From NCBI GenBank assembly GCA_023247255.1, contig JAHFGV010000006.1:14231-78230 (forward strand): a DNA stretch of 64,000 nt, in the 5' to 3' direction. Below, piece by piece: positions 49,621 to 58,309 of this stretch. Both the position numbers and the translations under genes were made by a program. The notes under the pieces are model-generated. The model ran no database searches. It worked only from the letters and a program-made list of their open reading frames with translations, and was not told where the DNA came from. Source of the DNA: Candidatus Omnitrophota bacterium (GTDB taxonomy: Bacteria; Omnitrophota; Gorgyraeia; Aquiviventales; Aquiviventaceae). The first letter of the stretch is position 1. Each line of letters starts with the position of its first letter.

Positions 49621-50312
49621 AGGCGGTGCTCTTCGACCTTGACGACACCCTCTATCCAGAACGTGAGTTCGTCACAAGCGGCTTTAGGGTTGTGGCGCGC
49701 TACCTGAGTGCACGGCATCCACTGAATAATGAAGAGGATCTGGTTCGCCAGATGTTCGCGATCTTGCAGCGCGAGGGTAGAGGGCATGTGTTCGATCGGC
49801 TACTCGATCATATAGGGCTAAATGGATCCGTGTCGGTCATGACCTTAGTCTATCTCTATCGCTCCCAGCAACCGTTACTCCACCTCTACGACGATGTTCT
49901 ACCAACACTGAAACAGCTTCGAGGTTTTGGCATGCGCTTAGGTTTGCTGACGGATGGGCAGGCCTGTGTCCAGCGTAATAAAATCGCTGCGCTGGATTTG
50001 GCTGATCCGTTTGATGTGATTATCTGTACAGATGAATTAGGCCGGGATTGTTGGAAACCCGCGCCCGTTTCTTACCAGGTCGCCTTACAGCTCTTAGATG
50101 TGTCCCCGGGGCAGGCCATCTATGTCGGTGATGATGCTTCTAAAGATTTCGTGGCTCCGTATGCTTTAGGCATGATGACGGCACAAATCATCCGGTCCGA
50201 CAGACCGCAACGCCAGGAGTCACCGGCTTCTGCCGATGGGGCTCATTGGGTCATCACGCGGTTGGAACAGTTGACATCAATCCTTGGGGTACCAGCCAAT
50301 GTCTTCGGGTGA
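49617..50312 (+). CDS. HAD-family phosphatase
   Basis: FDLDDTLY, LTDG, KP, YVGD..KD. Confidence 0.92.
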   Translation: MKAVLFDLDDTLYPEREFVTSGFRVVARYLSARHPLNNEEDLVRQMFAILQREGRGHVFDRLLDHIGLNGSVSVMTLVYLYRSQQPLLHLYDDVLPTLKQLRGFGMRLGLLTDGQACVQRNKIAALDLADPFDVIICTDELGRDCWKPAPVSYQVALQLLDVSPGQAIYVGDDASKDFVAPYALGMMTAQIIRSDRPQRQESPASADGAHWVITRLEQLTSILGVPANVFG

Positions 50313-51375
50313 GCCGTTTATCGAGATTCGTGGGCGGCGGATCGGGCCGGGATTTCCCACCTATATCATCGCTGAAATATCTGCCAATCACCGGCAGCGA
50401 TTTGACGATGCGGCAGCTCTTGTCAGGACAGCCAAAGATGCTGGGGCGGATGCTGTCAAAGTGCAGACCTATACGCCGCAGACGATGACCATTGAGGGGG
50501 ATTCTGATTTGTTTCGGCACGGTGCTGGATCTTTGTGGGCTGGCAAAACACTCTATGAGCTTTACCAACAAGCCTATATGCCTTGGGACTGGCAGCCGCG
50601 TTTGAAGGAGTTAGCCAGGGAACTTGAGATAGAATGGTTTTCTACGGCCTACGATACAAGCGCAGTCGAGTTCCTCGAGGCTATGGAAGTGCCAGTTCAC
50701 AAGGTGGCTTCTTTTGAGTTGGTGGACATCCCATTGATCAGTATGATGGCGCGGACTGGAAAGCCGCTGATTCTATCGACGGGAATGGCCAGTTCTGAAG
50801 AGATTACAGACGCGGTGCACGCAGCGCATCAAGCCGGTGCCACACAGGTGGCGTTGTTGAAGTGCACCAGCGCCTATCCAGCTCCTCCAGAATCGATGAA
50901 CCTCCGTGCGATTCCGCATTTGGCAAGGGCATTTCAGGTGCCCGTGGGACTCTCCGACCATACGCTGGGCGTTGCTGTGCCCATTGCAGCAGTTGCATTA
51001 GGAGCCTGCCTCATTGAGAAACATCTGACCTTGTCGCGAGCATTGCCGAGCGCGGATTGTGCTTTTTCGCTGGAGCCTAATGAATTTGAGGCGATGGTAG
51101 AAGCCATTCGGACGGCGGAACGCGCGATGGGACGAAGCGACATTGGGACCACGGAGCAGGAGAGCAGCAGTCGCGCTTTTCGGCGCTCATTATTTGTGGT
51201 GAAAGCCGTGCAAGCTGGCGAGGCGTTCACGGCGCAGACGATTCGTTCCATTCGTCCTGGCCATGGCCTGCCCCCAAAGTTCCTCAGTCAGGTGCTTGGG
51301 CGGCGAGCGGCACATGCTATCGCTGCCGGAACGCCGCTTGCCTGGGATCTCATCGAGACTGATGGAACATCCTAA
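50299..51375 (+). CDS. pseI: Pseudaminic acid synthase
   Basis: AEISANH, QTYTP, KVASFE, LKCTSAYP, FSLEP, FRRSLF, IRPGHGL. Confidence 0.9.
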   Translation: MSSGEPFIEIRGRRIGPGFPTYIIAEISANHRQRFDDAAALVRTAKDAGADAVKVQTYTPQTMTIEGDSDLFRHGAGSLWAGKTLYELYQQAYMPWDWQPRLKELARELEIEWFSTAYDTSAVEFLEAMEVPVHKVASFELVDIPLISMMARTGKPLILSTGMASSEEITDAVHAAHQAGATQVALLKCTSAYPAPPESMNLRAIPHLARAFQVPVGLSDHTLGVAVPIAAVALGACLIEKHLTLSRALPSADCAFSLEPNEFEAMVEAIRTAERAMGRSDIGTTEQESSSRAFRRSLFVVKAVQAGEAFTAQTIRSIRPGHGLPPKFLSQVLGRRAAHAIAAGTPLAWDLIETDGTS

Positions 51376-51533
51376 GCAGGCTGCTGAAAAAGGCGCATCT
51401 GCTGCGTTGCCAGCCTCGCGGCTTCGTCAGCGTACTTTTCAGTACGCCTCCTCAGCCGAATCGAGCTGCGCCTTGCATCTCGCACCTTTTTGAGCAGCCT
51501 GGGTATCACGCGAGTTTTTCCGCAGCCTGCTAG
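51373..51533. mobile_element. MITE-like element, family C, with a doubled right end
   Basis: GCAGGCTGCTGAAAAAGG ... CCTTTTTGAGCAGCCTG, then TTTTTCCGCAGCCTGCTAG; internal GCGTAC..GTACGC hairpin. Confidence 0.78.
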
Positions 51534-51648
51534 TGCTTCGACCAGATTGACTTGATGGGTTACCATCAAGTCAATCCTGCTCAGCACAGTGGTGAGATAT
51601 CCAACAAAACAAAATGGTCGAACCACTAGAGCCAAGGCGAAACCGAGT

Positions 51649-51894
51649 ATGAGTCAGACGAAGTTGGCTCGCTGTTTCGCAGAAGCGCTTGGAATTCAGG
51701 AACAGGCCGTAACAGACGAGTTGGCATATCAGACCATCAAAGAATGGGATTCCGTGCGGCACATGGCGCTTGTGGCAATCATCGAGCAGACGTTCAACGT
51801 CATGCTCGACACCAACGACATCATCGCCATGAGCAGCGTGGGAAAGGCCAAAGCGATCTTGGCGAAGTATGGCATCGACTGTGATGCTGCTTAA
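51649..51894 (+). CDS. Acyl carrier protein
   Basis: WDSVRHM phosphopantetheine motif; 81 aa. Confidence 0.88.
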   Translation: MSQTKLARCFAEALGIQEQAVTDELAYQTIKEWDSVRHMALVAIIEQTFNVMLDTNDIIAMSSVGKAKAILAKYGIDCDAA

Positions 51895-52621
51895 AGAGAA
51901 GGTCGCCATCGTCACCGGAGCAAGTCGAGGCATTGGCAAGGCGATCGCCACAACGTTTGCCAAACAGGGAGCCCAGTTGGTCATCACGGGCCGCAGTAGC
52001 GCCATTCATGAGGTAGCCTCTGAGCTGTCAACGCATGGAGAGCGAGTCGTGGCCATGCAGGGTGATCTTAGAGAGCCTGCCCACCGGCGTGAGGTCGTGA
52101 TGGCCTGTCGTAAGACGCATGGCCGTCTCGACATCCTGGTCAATAACGCGGGAGTGCTGATTCATGGTCCGCTTGGGATGACTCTGCTTGAGTCCATGCG
52201 AGACGCCTTCGAGACGAACGTAACTGCGGCGATGGCGCTGACCCAATATGCAATACGCCTGATGAGTCCTGCTCGTGATCCCTGCGTCATTAACCTTGCT
52301 TCCTTTGCCGGCACGCGTGGCCAAGAGGGCCTTGCGATCTACGCAGCCAGCAAGGCTGCGGTCGTTGGATTTACCCTCTCGACGGCGAAAGAACTAGCCT
52401 CCCAGAGAATCCGCGTCAATGCAATCGCCCCGGGCTTTATCGAGACCGACATGACCCAGGCGCTGCCCGAAGCGATCTATCGCACCATGACTGAACGGAT
52501 ACGGCTCGGACGGATCGGCGTGCCCCAGGATGTGGCGAATTGTGCCTTGTTTCTGGCATCGGATCTTGCTTCCTATATCACAGGCCAAGTGATCGGTGTA
52601 GATGGGGGCCTGCTAGCATGA
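51884..52621 (+). CDS. FabG-like SDR oxidoreductase
   Basis: TGASRGIG, NNAG, YAASK, PGFIETDM, VDGG. Confidence 0.92.
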   Translation: MLLKEKVAIVTGASRGIGKAIATTFAKQGAQLVITGRSSAIHEVASELSTHGERVVAMQGDLREPAHRREVVMACRKTHGRLDILVNNAGVLIHGPLGMTLLESMRDAFETNVTAAMALTQYAIRLMSPARDPCVINLASFAGTRGQEGLAIYAASKAAVVGFTLSTAKELASQRIRVNAIAPGFIETDMTQALPEAIYRTMTERIRLGRIGVPQDVANCALFLASDLASYITGQVIGVDGGLLA

Positions 52622-54039
52622 TCGATTTTATTCGTCAGCATCGTTCGAAGCATCCAGCCGTCATCGACACAGATCGAAACCAAGTGCTATCGTATGAAAC
52701 GCTCTATGACCAAATGGAGCAGATTGCTCTGGCCATCCGCCACCTGACAAGGGATCGAACGCTGGTGTTTCTCCACTCCTCAGCGACGAGTGACTTCCTC
52801 ATCCTGTACCTCGCGTGTCTTTTTAATCGCGATCCGGTATGCTTGCTTGAGTCCGGCTTGCTGGAAGCGACGGAGAAACTGCTCGCCGCGTATCATCCGA
52901 ATCTTGTGCTGAGCCCACCCGGAATGTCAATTCCAGAGGGATACAGCGATGCTGGCAGAATCCCGGGCACCTGCTACAACTGCGCTGTGCCGAAATCAAA
53001 CCCTGCCCCCCAGAAACTTCATCAGGATCTGGCTCTGTTGCTGCCGACGTCCGGGACGACCGGCAATCCTAAATTGGTGCGACTGACCCAAAAGAACCTT
53101 CAGGCCAACGCCCAATCCATCGCACAGTATCTGGACCTATCACCCGATGAGCGCTCCATCCAGGGACTGCCTATGCACTACGCCTATGGCCTGTCGTTGG
53201 TCAACTCGCATCTGGTGGCGGGAGGGACCATCGTCTTGACTCGCTGGTCCTTCCTGCAAGCCGAGTTCTGGCGCACCTTTGACGCCCAGCGGTGCACGTC
53301 GTTTGCGGGTGTGCCGTATATGTACGAAACCCTTGATCGTCTTGCGTTCGATCCCGCCTGTCATCCATCGCTGCGGACCATGACCCAAGCGGGTGGGGCG
53401 TTGCGTCCGGATATCGTTCGCCGCCTTGGGCGCGCGGTGGCGAAGGCTGGCTGTCGGTTGTTCATCATGTACGGCCAGACGGAAGCAACCGCTCGGATCA
53501 GCTACGTACCCCCACAGCTCCTCCAGGAGAAAATCGGCTCCATCGGAATCCCTATTCCTGGAGGAAGAATGGAACTTGCTGAACTTGAGGCAACTGAAGG
53601 GTTAAAAGAGCTTGTCTATTTCGGCCCCAACGTGATGATGGGCTATGCGACGTCGGCGGCATCCCTAGCGCAGGCAGACGAGTTACACGGGAAACTCTTT
53701 AGCGGTGATCTGGCACGGGTGGATAACGATGGTTTTTTTTATATCACCGGACGCCTGAAACGATTCGCAAAGCTCTTCGGCCGGCGGATCAGTCTGGAGG
53801 ACATTGAGGCAAACTTAGAGTCCTCATTCACCGTGCGTGCCGCGGCGATCGAGGCTGATGAGCATCTGAGCGTCTACATTGAGGGAGGGGATTCCTCGGA
53901 TGCTGATAGGATCAGGCAATACCTCGCATCGTGGTTGCAGATGAGTCCGATTGCTGTGACGGTCAAGCCGATCGAGAGGATTCCAATGACTTGCTCAGGA
54001 AAGAAAGCCTATCCGGCGTTACTGGTGGAGGCGGCTTAA
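52618..54039 (+). CDS. AMP-dependent acyl ligase
   Basis: TSGTTGNPK, TQAGG, MYGQTEA, SGDLA, GRLKRF. Confidence 0.9.
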   Translation: MIDFIRQHRSKHPAVIDTDRNQVLSYETLYDQMEQIALAIRHLTRDRTLVFLHSSATSDFLILYLACLFNRDPVCLLESGLLEATEKLLAAYHPNLVLSPPGMSIPEGYSDAGRIPGTCYNCAVPKSNPAPQKLHQDLALLLPTSGTTGNPKLVRLTQKNLQANAQSIAQYLDLSPDERSIQGLPMHYAYGLSLVNSHLVAGGTIVLTRWSFLQAEFWRTFDAQRCTSFAGVPYMYETLDRLAFDPACHPSLRTMTQAGGALRPDIVRRLGRAVAKAGCRLFIMYGQTEATARISYVPPQLLQEKIGSIGIPIPGGRMELAELEATEGLKELVYFGPNVMMGYATSAASLAQADELHGKLFSGDLARVDNDGFFYITGRLKRFAKLFGRRISLEDIEANLESSFTVRAAAIEADEHLSVYIEGGDSSDADRIRQYLASWLQMSPIAVTVKPIERIPMTCSGKKAYPALLVEAA

Positions 54040-55166
54040 TGAGCGCAATCGAGCTTGAGCTTCCGGTCATAAGTGATTTTTTTGACCTTCCACCCTATGG
54101 GCTGCCACAATCGCAGAAGGCCCAGATGCTCGTGATTCGTCTGCGGCAACTGTGTTGGCATCATTATGAGCGCTGCGTCATCTACCGACGACTCATCGAG
54201 CGGGTGTTTGGGGGCGAGGACGCGCTGAACTTCGAGCGATTGGAAGAAGTCCCCTTCATCCCCGTCCCATTGTTCAAGACGCATGCGTTGCGCAGCGTTC
54301 CAGCGGAGGCCGTTGTGAGAACCCTCGCCTCAAGCGGCACGAGCGGTCAGGTTCTCAGCCGCGTCGAGCTCGATCGTGAGACCAGTCAGCGCCAGACTCA
54401 AGTGCTGGTAAAAATCCTCCAACATTTCCTCGGGCCTCGTCGCTCCCCCATGGTCATCTTTGATCGGAAAGTGGCACTCGATCAGCCAGGTCCCTATCCG
54501 GCAAGGGTCGCGGCTCTATTGGGGATGATGCCCTTTGGGCGCGATCCGTTCTTCGCCTTAAAGGAAGACTTGTCGCTGGATATTGAGGGTTTGAGCGCCT
54601 ATCTTGCACGGGCGAGTGGAGCGGGCGGGGAGCGCGTGGTCGTCTTTGGGCTTACTGCGATTCTCTGGCAAGCGCTGGTTTTAACTATGGAGCGAGAGGG
54701 AAAGAAGCTACATATCCCTCAGGGTGTGCTCATCCACGCGGGAGGGTGGAAGAAACTTCAGGATGCCGCTGTGGGAGCCGAGGAGTTCCGGCAGAGGGTC
54801 CAAGCCGTCACAGGAATCTCGCGCATCCTCAACTTCTACGGGATGGTAGAGCAGGTGGGAAGCATCTTCTTTGAAAATCCGCGGCATTACTTGCAGGCCC
54901 CTGTCTATGCTGAGGTTATCATCCGTGATCCCATAACGCTGCGGCCTTTACCCGTCGGCGGCGTGGGACTGGTTCAGGTGCTCAGCGCGATTCCCACGAG
55001 TTATCCCGGCCACTCTCTCCTTACTGAGGATATGGGGGTCCTTCGCGGAGTGGATGATCCAACGACAGGGATGAATGGACGGTACTTTGAAATCCTGGGA
55101 CGCGTTCCGCAAGCTGAGGTGCGTGGATGCAGCGATACCTACCCGACTCAACACTCAACGACGTAG
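54039..55166 (+). CDS. LuxE-like acyl-protein synthetase
   Basis: VPFIPVPLFK, SSGTSG, HAGGWK, FYGMVEQ, SYPGHSLLTED, GR..AEVRGC. Confidence 0.87.
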   Translation: MSAIELELPVISDFFDLPPYGLPQSQKAQMLVIRLRQLCWHHYERCVIYRRLIERVFGGEDALNFERLEEVPFIPVPLFKTHALRSVPAEAVVRTLASSGTSGQVLSRVELDRETSQRQTQVLVKILQHFLGPRRSPMVIFDRKVALDQPGPYPARVAALLGMMPFGRDPFFALKEDLSLDIEGLSAYLARASGAGGERVVVFGLTAILWQALVLTMEREGKKLHIPQGVLIHAGGWKKLQDAAVGAEEFRQRVQAVTGISRILNFYGMVEQVGSIFFENPRHYLQAPVYAEVIIRDPITLRPLPVGGVGLVQVLSAIPTSYPGHSLLTEDMGVLRGVDDPTTGMNGRYFEILGRVPQAEVRGCSDTYPTQHSTT

Positions 55167-55221
55167 AGCTTGGCAGTCAGGGCCCTCGCGCTGAAGAAAT
55201 CCTCAATCGTCAGCAGAGCCC

Positions 55222-55328
55222 CACCCCCGATGCTTCGCTTTGTCCCTTGAAATCGCCGACAGGCGATTTCAGGGATCCAATCCCCGACAAACTCCACATG
55301 TCAGGGAACGAAGCAAAGCCTGGGGGTG
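55222..55328. other. Branched stem-loop between the luxE-like and luxC-like genes
   Basis: CACCCCC/GGGGGTG and TGCTTCG/CGAAGCA enclose TGAAATCGCC-GACA-GGCGATTTCA and a second hairpin. Confidence 0.6.
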
Positions 55329-55330
55329 CT

Positions 55331-56557
55331 ATGGCGGGGCTGCGCATCCTGGCTCCCCGAAAATCTGAGAGTCCTCTCGCGGATTGGCTGGCTTCGTGCC
55401 GGTTTTCAAACACCCATCCCTTTGCGGCTTCACGCATCCAGTTGCTTGGGGCATTCTCACAACGCATCCTCAAAGATCCGATTCTTCGCGATGAGCCCTC
55501 AAGCGTAGCCCTGGCCTACTACTTACGCCCAGCGAACATTACGAAAATCGCAACGCATGCTCAAGCACGCGCCAAGCTTGATCCTTCCGTTCTCTGGGTG
55601 CCTTGCGGTGGGGTGTTCCATGTGGCTCCGGCTAATGTGGAGACTTTTTTCATCTACCCTTGGGCTTTGTCCTATCTTTGCGGGAACAACAATCTCGTTC
55701 GCCTCTCCCTGGAGGAGCAACCGGTAACGATGCGGCTGCTTGAGTGCCTAAACACTCTGATGGAAACCGAGGAGGAACTCTCTCATACAAACCGGTTTGT
55801 GACCTACCCGCACGATCCTGAGATTACCAGGCTGTTCTCCGACTGGTGCGCCCATCGCATCATCTGGGGAGGGGATGAGGTCATTAGAGTCCTGCGCTCG
55901 ATTCCACTGAGCCCTCATGCGACCGAGCGTGTCTTTGGCTCGAAATTCTCCTACGCCGTCATTTCGGCAATGTCCTTTCAGGAAGCTGATGAAGCGACGC
56001 GGCAGCAGGTCATCTCCCGGTTTTTCAACGACATGTTCTGGTTCAACCAGATGGCCTGTTCCTCTCCCCACGTGGTATTCTGGGTTGGCACGAAGGCCGA
56101 TGGGGCGCGTGCAGTGGCAGCGTTCAATCCATTGCTGGGTGCTGAGGTTTTGCGTCGGGGATATGCCCTGCCACCACAGCTTAGCGTCCGGCGGCTCTCG
56201 CAGGCCTTTGAACTTGCCATCCAGGATGACGTTCGGGTTGATCTTAAGCATCCGGGATTCGCGAGTATCGATGTGCCACAGCTGTCTGTGTTGCGCAAAG
56301 AGCCTTATGGAGGAGGACTGTTGCACCATGTCCAGATCGATCGTTTGGATCGACTCCTTGAAGTCGCAGCGCCCAAGGACCAGACCATCGTCCATTTCGG
56401 CTTTCATCCTGATGAACTGCAAAGTCTGGCGTTTCGCATCGGCTCTCGAGGGGTGGATCGTCTTGTGCCTATCGGTGAGGCACTGACATTTGAGGTGGTA
56501 TGGGATGGACAGGATATGATCAGCGATGGTTTACGGAAGGTCGTGATTCGATGCTAA
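55331..56557 (+). CDS. LuxC-like acyl-CoA reductase
   Basis: GVFHVAPANV, GNNNLVRL, IWGGD, NQMACSSP, GVDRLVPIG..WDG. Confidence 0.87.
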   Translation: MAGLRILAPRKSESPLADWLASCRFSNTHPFAASRIQLLGAFSQRILKDPILRDEPSSVALAYYLRPANITKIATHAQARAKLDPSVLWVPCGGVFHVAPANVETFFIYPWALSYLCGNNNLVRLSLEEQPVTMRLLECLNTLMETEEELSHTNRFVTYPHDPEITRLFSDWCAHRIIWGGDEVIRVLRSIPLSPHATERVFGSKFSYAVISAMSFQEADEATRQQVISRFFNDMFWFNQMACSSPHVVFWVGTKADGARAVAAFNPLLGAEVLRRGYALPPQLSVRRLSQAFELAIQDDVRVDLKHPGFASIDVPQLSVLRKEPYGGGLLHHVQIDRLDRLLEVAAPKDQTIVHFGFHPDELQSLAFRIGSRGVDRLVPIGEALTFEVVWDGQDMISDGLRKVVIRC

Positions 56558-57987
56558 CTGAAACTGCCAAGCCGCGTGTCCTGATTGGACTGCCAAGCGA
56601 CATCTTCCTTAGAAATTTTGTGGAGACGAAGGCGTTTACGAGTCTGAGTGAACGCTTTGAGGTCTTCTGGTTTACCACCGAGGCGGTTCGCCATGCGCTG
56701 CCAGAACTTCCCGGCTTTACCCGCGTGGAATCCTGCAAGATAGATCCACGACGGGATATGATCCGCTACCATCTGCGTTGGTTGGCGGTTTTTGCTGGAC
56801 GTTCACGCAGTAGGCTTATGCGGTTGAAGGCCTTGAGCGTGGGATCCAGGCGCGAGCGGTGGCCGTATACGCTTCTGAGTGCGCCGGGTGTCTGGCCGAT
56901 TACGGATGCGCTCGTTGAGGCATGGCTAGGTCAGAACCAGTCGCTTGCGGCGATCTTCGATGCGGTCAAGCCGGACGTGGCGGTCTTCCCCTCGCAGGGC
57001 AATGATTCCTTCGCCATCGACATCATGAAAGTAGCAAAGTCGCGGAGGGTTCATACGGTAATGCTCAACTACAATTGGGACAATATGGGATCCAAAGGCG
57101 CCATGAGGATCAAGCCCGATCGGCTCTGTGTCTGGGGAGAAGATATGGCAGCCTTGGCGCGGCAGGTCCATCACCTGCGGCCAGAGCAGATTCGGATCAT
57201 CGGAGCCGCCCAGTTCCAGCAATATTTTGATCCCGAGCAGATGGCTGCCGCATCACGCGCCGCGGCGCAATCCCCTCAGGAGCCACCGCGGCTTTTATTT
57301 GCGGGAGCATCTCGAGGTCATCCTGAGGCTCGGTTTCTTAAGACCCTCGATGAAGCCATCGAGACCCATCGCTTGCCAGCGCTTCAGATCATCTATCGGC
57401 CGCATCCCTGGCGTGCGCCTCGTCCGCATGAAAACCCCTTTCACGCCTATGGCTACCGTCATATCACGATGGATCGGCAAGTCGCTGGTCAGTTTATGGT
57501 CGATGATATGAACGCACCCACCAAGCGCGTCGATTACACGTTTGCGCCCTCGATTGCGTACAACGCCGAATTGCTCCACTCAATCCGTGGGGTCATAACG
57601 CCTCTGTCGACTCTCTCCTTGGAAGCAGCCTTGGTCGGCGTACCGGTGCTGGCGATTCACTTTCCCGAGGAACGTTGGCTGAAGGATGCGCTGGATAACT
57701 TTGAACACTTACAGCGGATGTGCCGTCAGGTACCCGGCGTCGTAATCTGTCGCGAGGAACCTCGCTTCCTCGAGGCTGTCCGGCAACTCTTGGAACTGGG
57801 AGGTGATCCGACGCTTCCGGCTCGGATGCGAGAAGCCATCAAGCCGATTCTCTATGCCGATGGCGCCACGACCTATGCGGATCGGCTCGCCAGCGTTATT
57901 GAGGAAGTCTTGGGAAAGCGAGAGAATCTATCCAAGATGCAAGAGCCTGTGGAGTCCTGTATTCCCGTTGAAGGCTGGGTGAGGTAA
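56551..57987 (+). CDS. Putative GT-B glycosyltransferase (sialyltransferase/TagB-like)
   Basis: NWDN..K, VWGE, YRPHP, STLSLEA motifs; family assignment inferred. Confidence 0.6.
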   Translation: MLTETAKPRVLIGLPSDIFLRNFVETKAFTSLSERFEVFWFTTEAVRHALPELPGFTRVESCKIDPRRDMIRYHLRWLAVFAGRSRSRLMRLKALSVGSRRERWPYTLLSAPGVWPITDALVEAWLGQNQSLAAIFDAVKPDVAVFPSQGNDSFAIDIMKVAKSRRVHTVMLNYNWDNMGSKGAMRIKPDRLCVWGEDMAALARQVHHLRPEQIRIIGAAQFQQYFDPEQMAAASRAAAQSPQEPPRLLFAGASRGHPEARFLKTLDEAIETHRLPALQIIYRPHPWRAPRPHENPFHAYGYRHITMDRQVAGQFMVDDMNAPTKRVDYTFAPSIAYNAELLHSIRGVITPLSTLSLEAALVGVPVLAIHFPEERWLKDALDNFEHLQRMCRQVPGVVICREEPRFLEAVRQLLELGGDPTLPARMREAIKPILYADGATTYADRLASVIEEVLGKRENLSKMQEPVESCIPVEGWVR

Positions 57988-58035
57988 GTCGAAGATGGAA
58001 CCAGATAACCCCGCCATTTCGCCCCTAACCCTCGA

Positions 58036-58309
58036 CGATTGCATCACGATATTGTCGATTAACGATTGTCGATTTTCGATTGAACAGCGGGCTTCCAATC
58101 GAAAATCCAAAATCGACAATCGAAAATTCCAACGTGTGGGAGTGCCGGTGCTTCAGCGAGCGGGTGGGCGGGATGTCGTTTCCTGAAATCGCAAAACGAT
58201 TTCTGATTGATGAGATGAAAGTGCTCTTCAATCGAAAATCCAAAATCGACAATCGAAAATTCCAACGTGTGGGAGTGCGGTGCCACAGGCTCATCCCATG
58301 AAGCTCCAC
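58036..58309. repeat. Compound repeat region: family B hairpin, duplicated right arm, family D motif
   Basis: 58036-58130 matches 5090-5183; CAATCGAAAATCCAAAATCGACAATCGAAAATTCCAACGTGTGGGAGTGC occurs twice (58096, 58229). Confidence 0.85.

Noticed and set aside
54039-56557. Bioluminescence operon
   Set aside because: No luxA, luxB or luxD in the window; the context is glycan biosynthesis.
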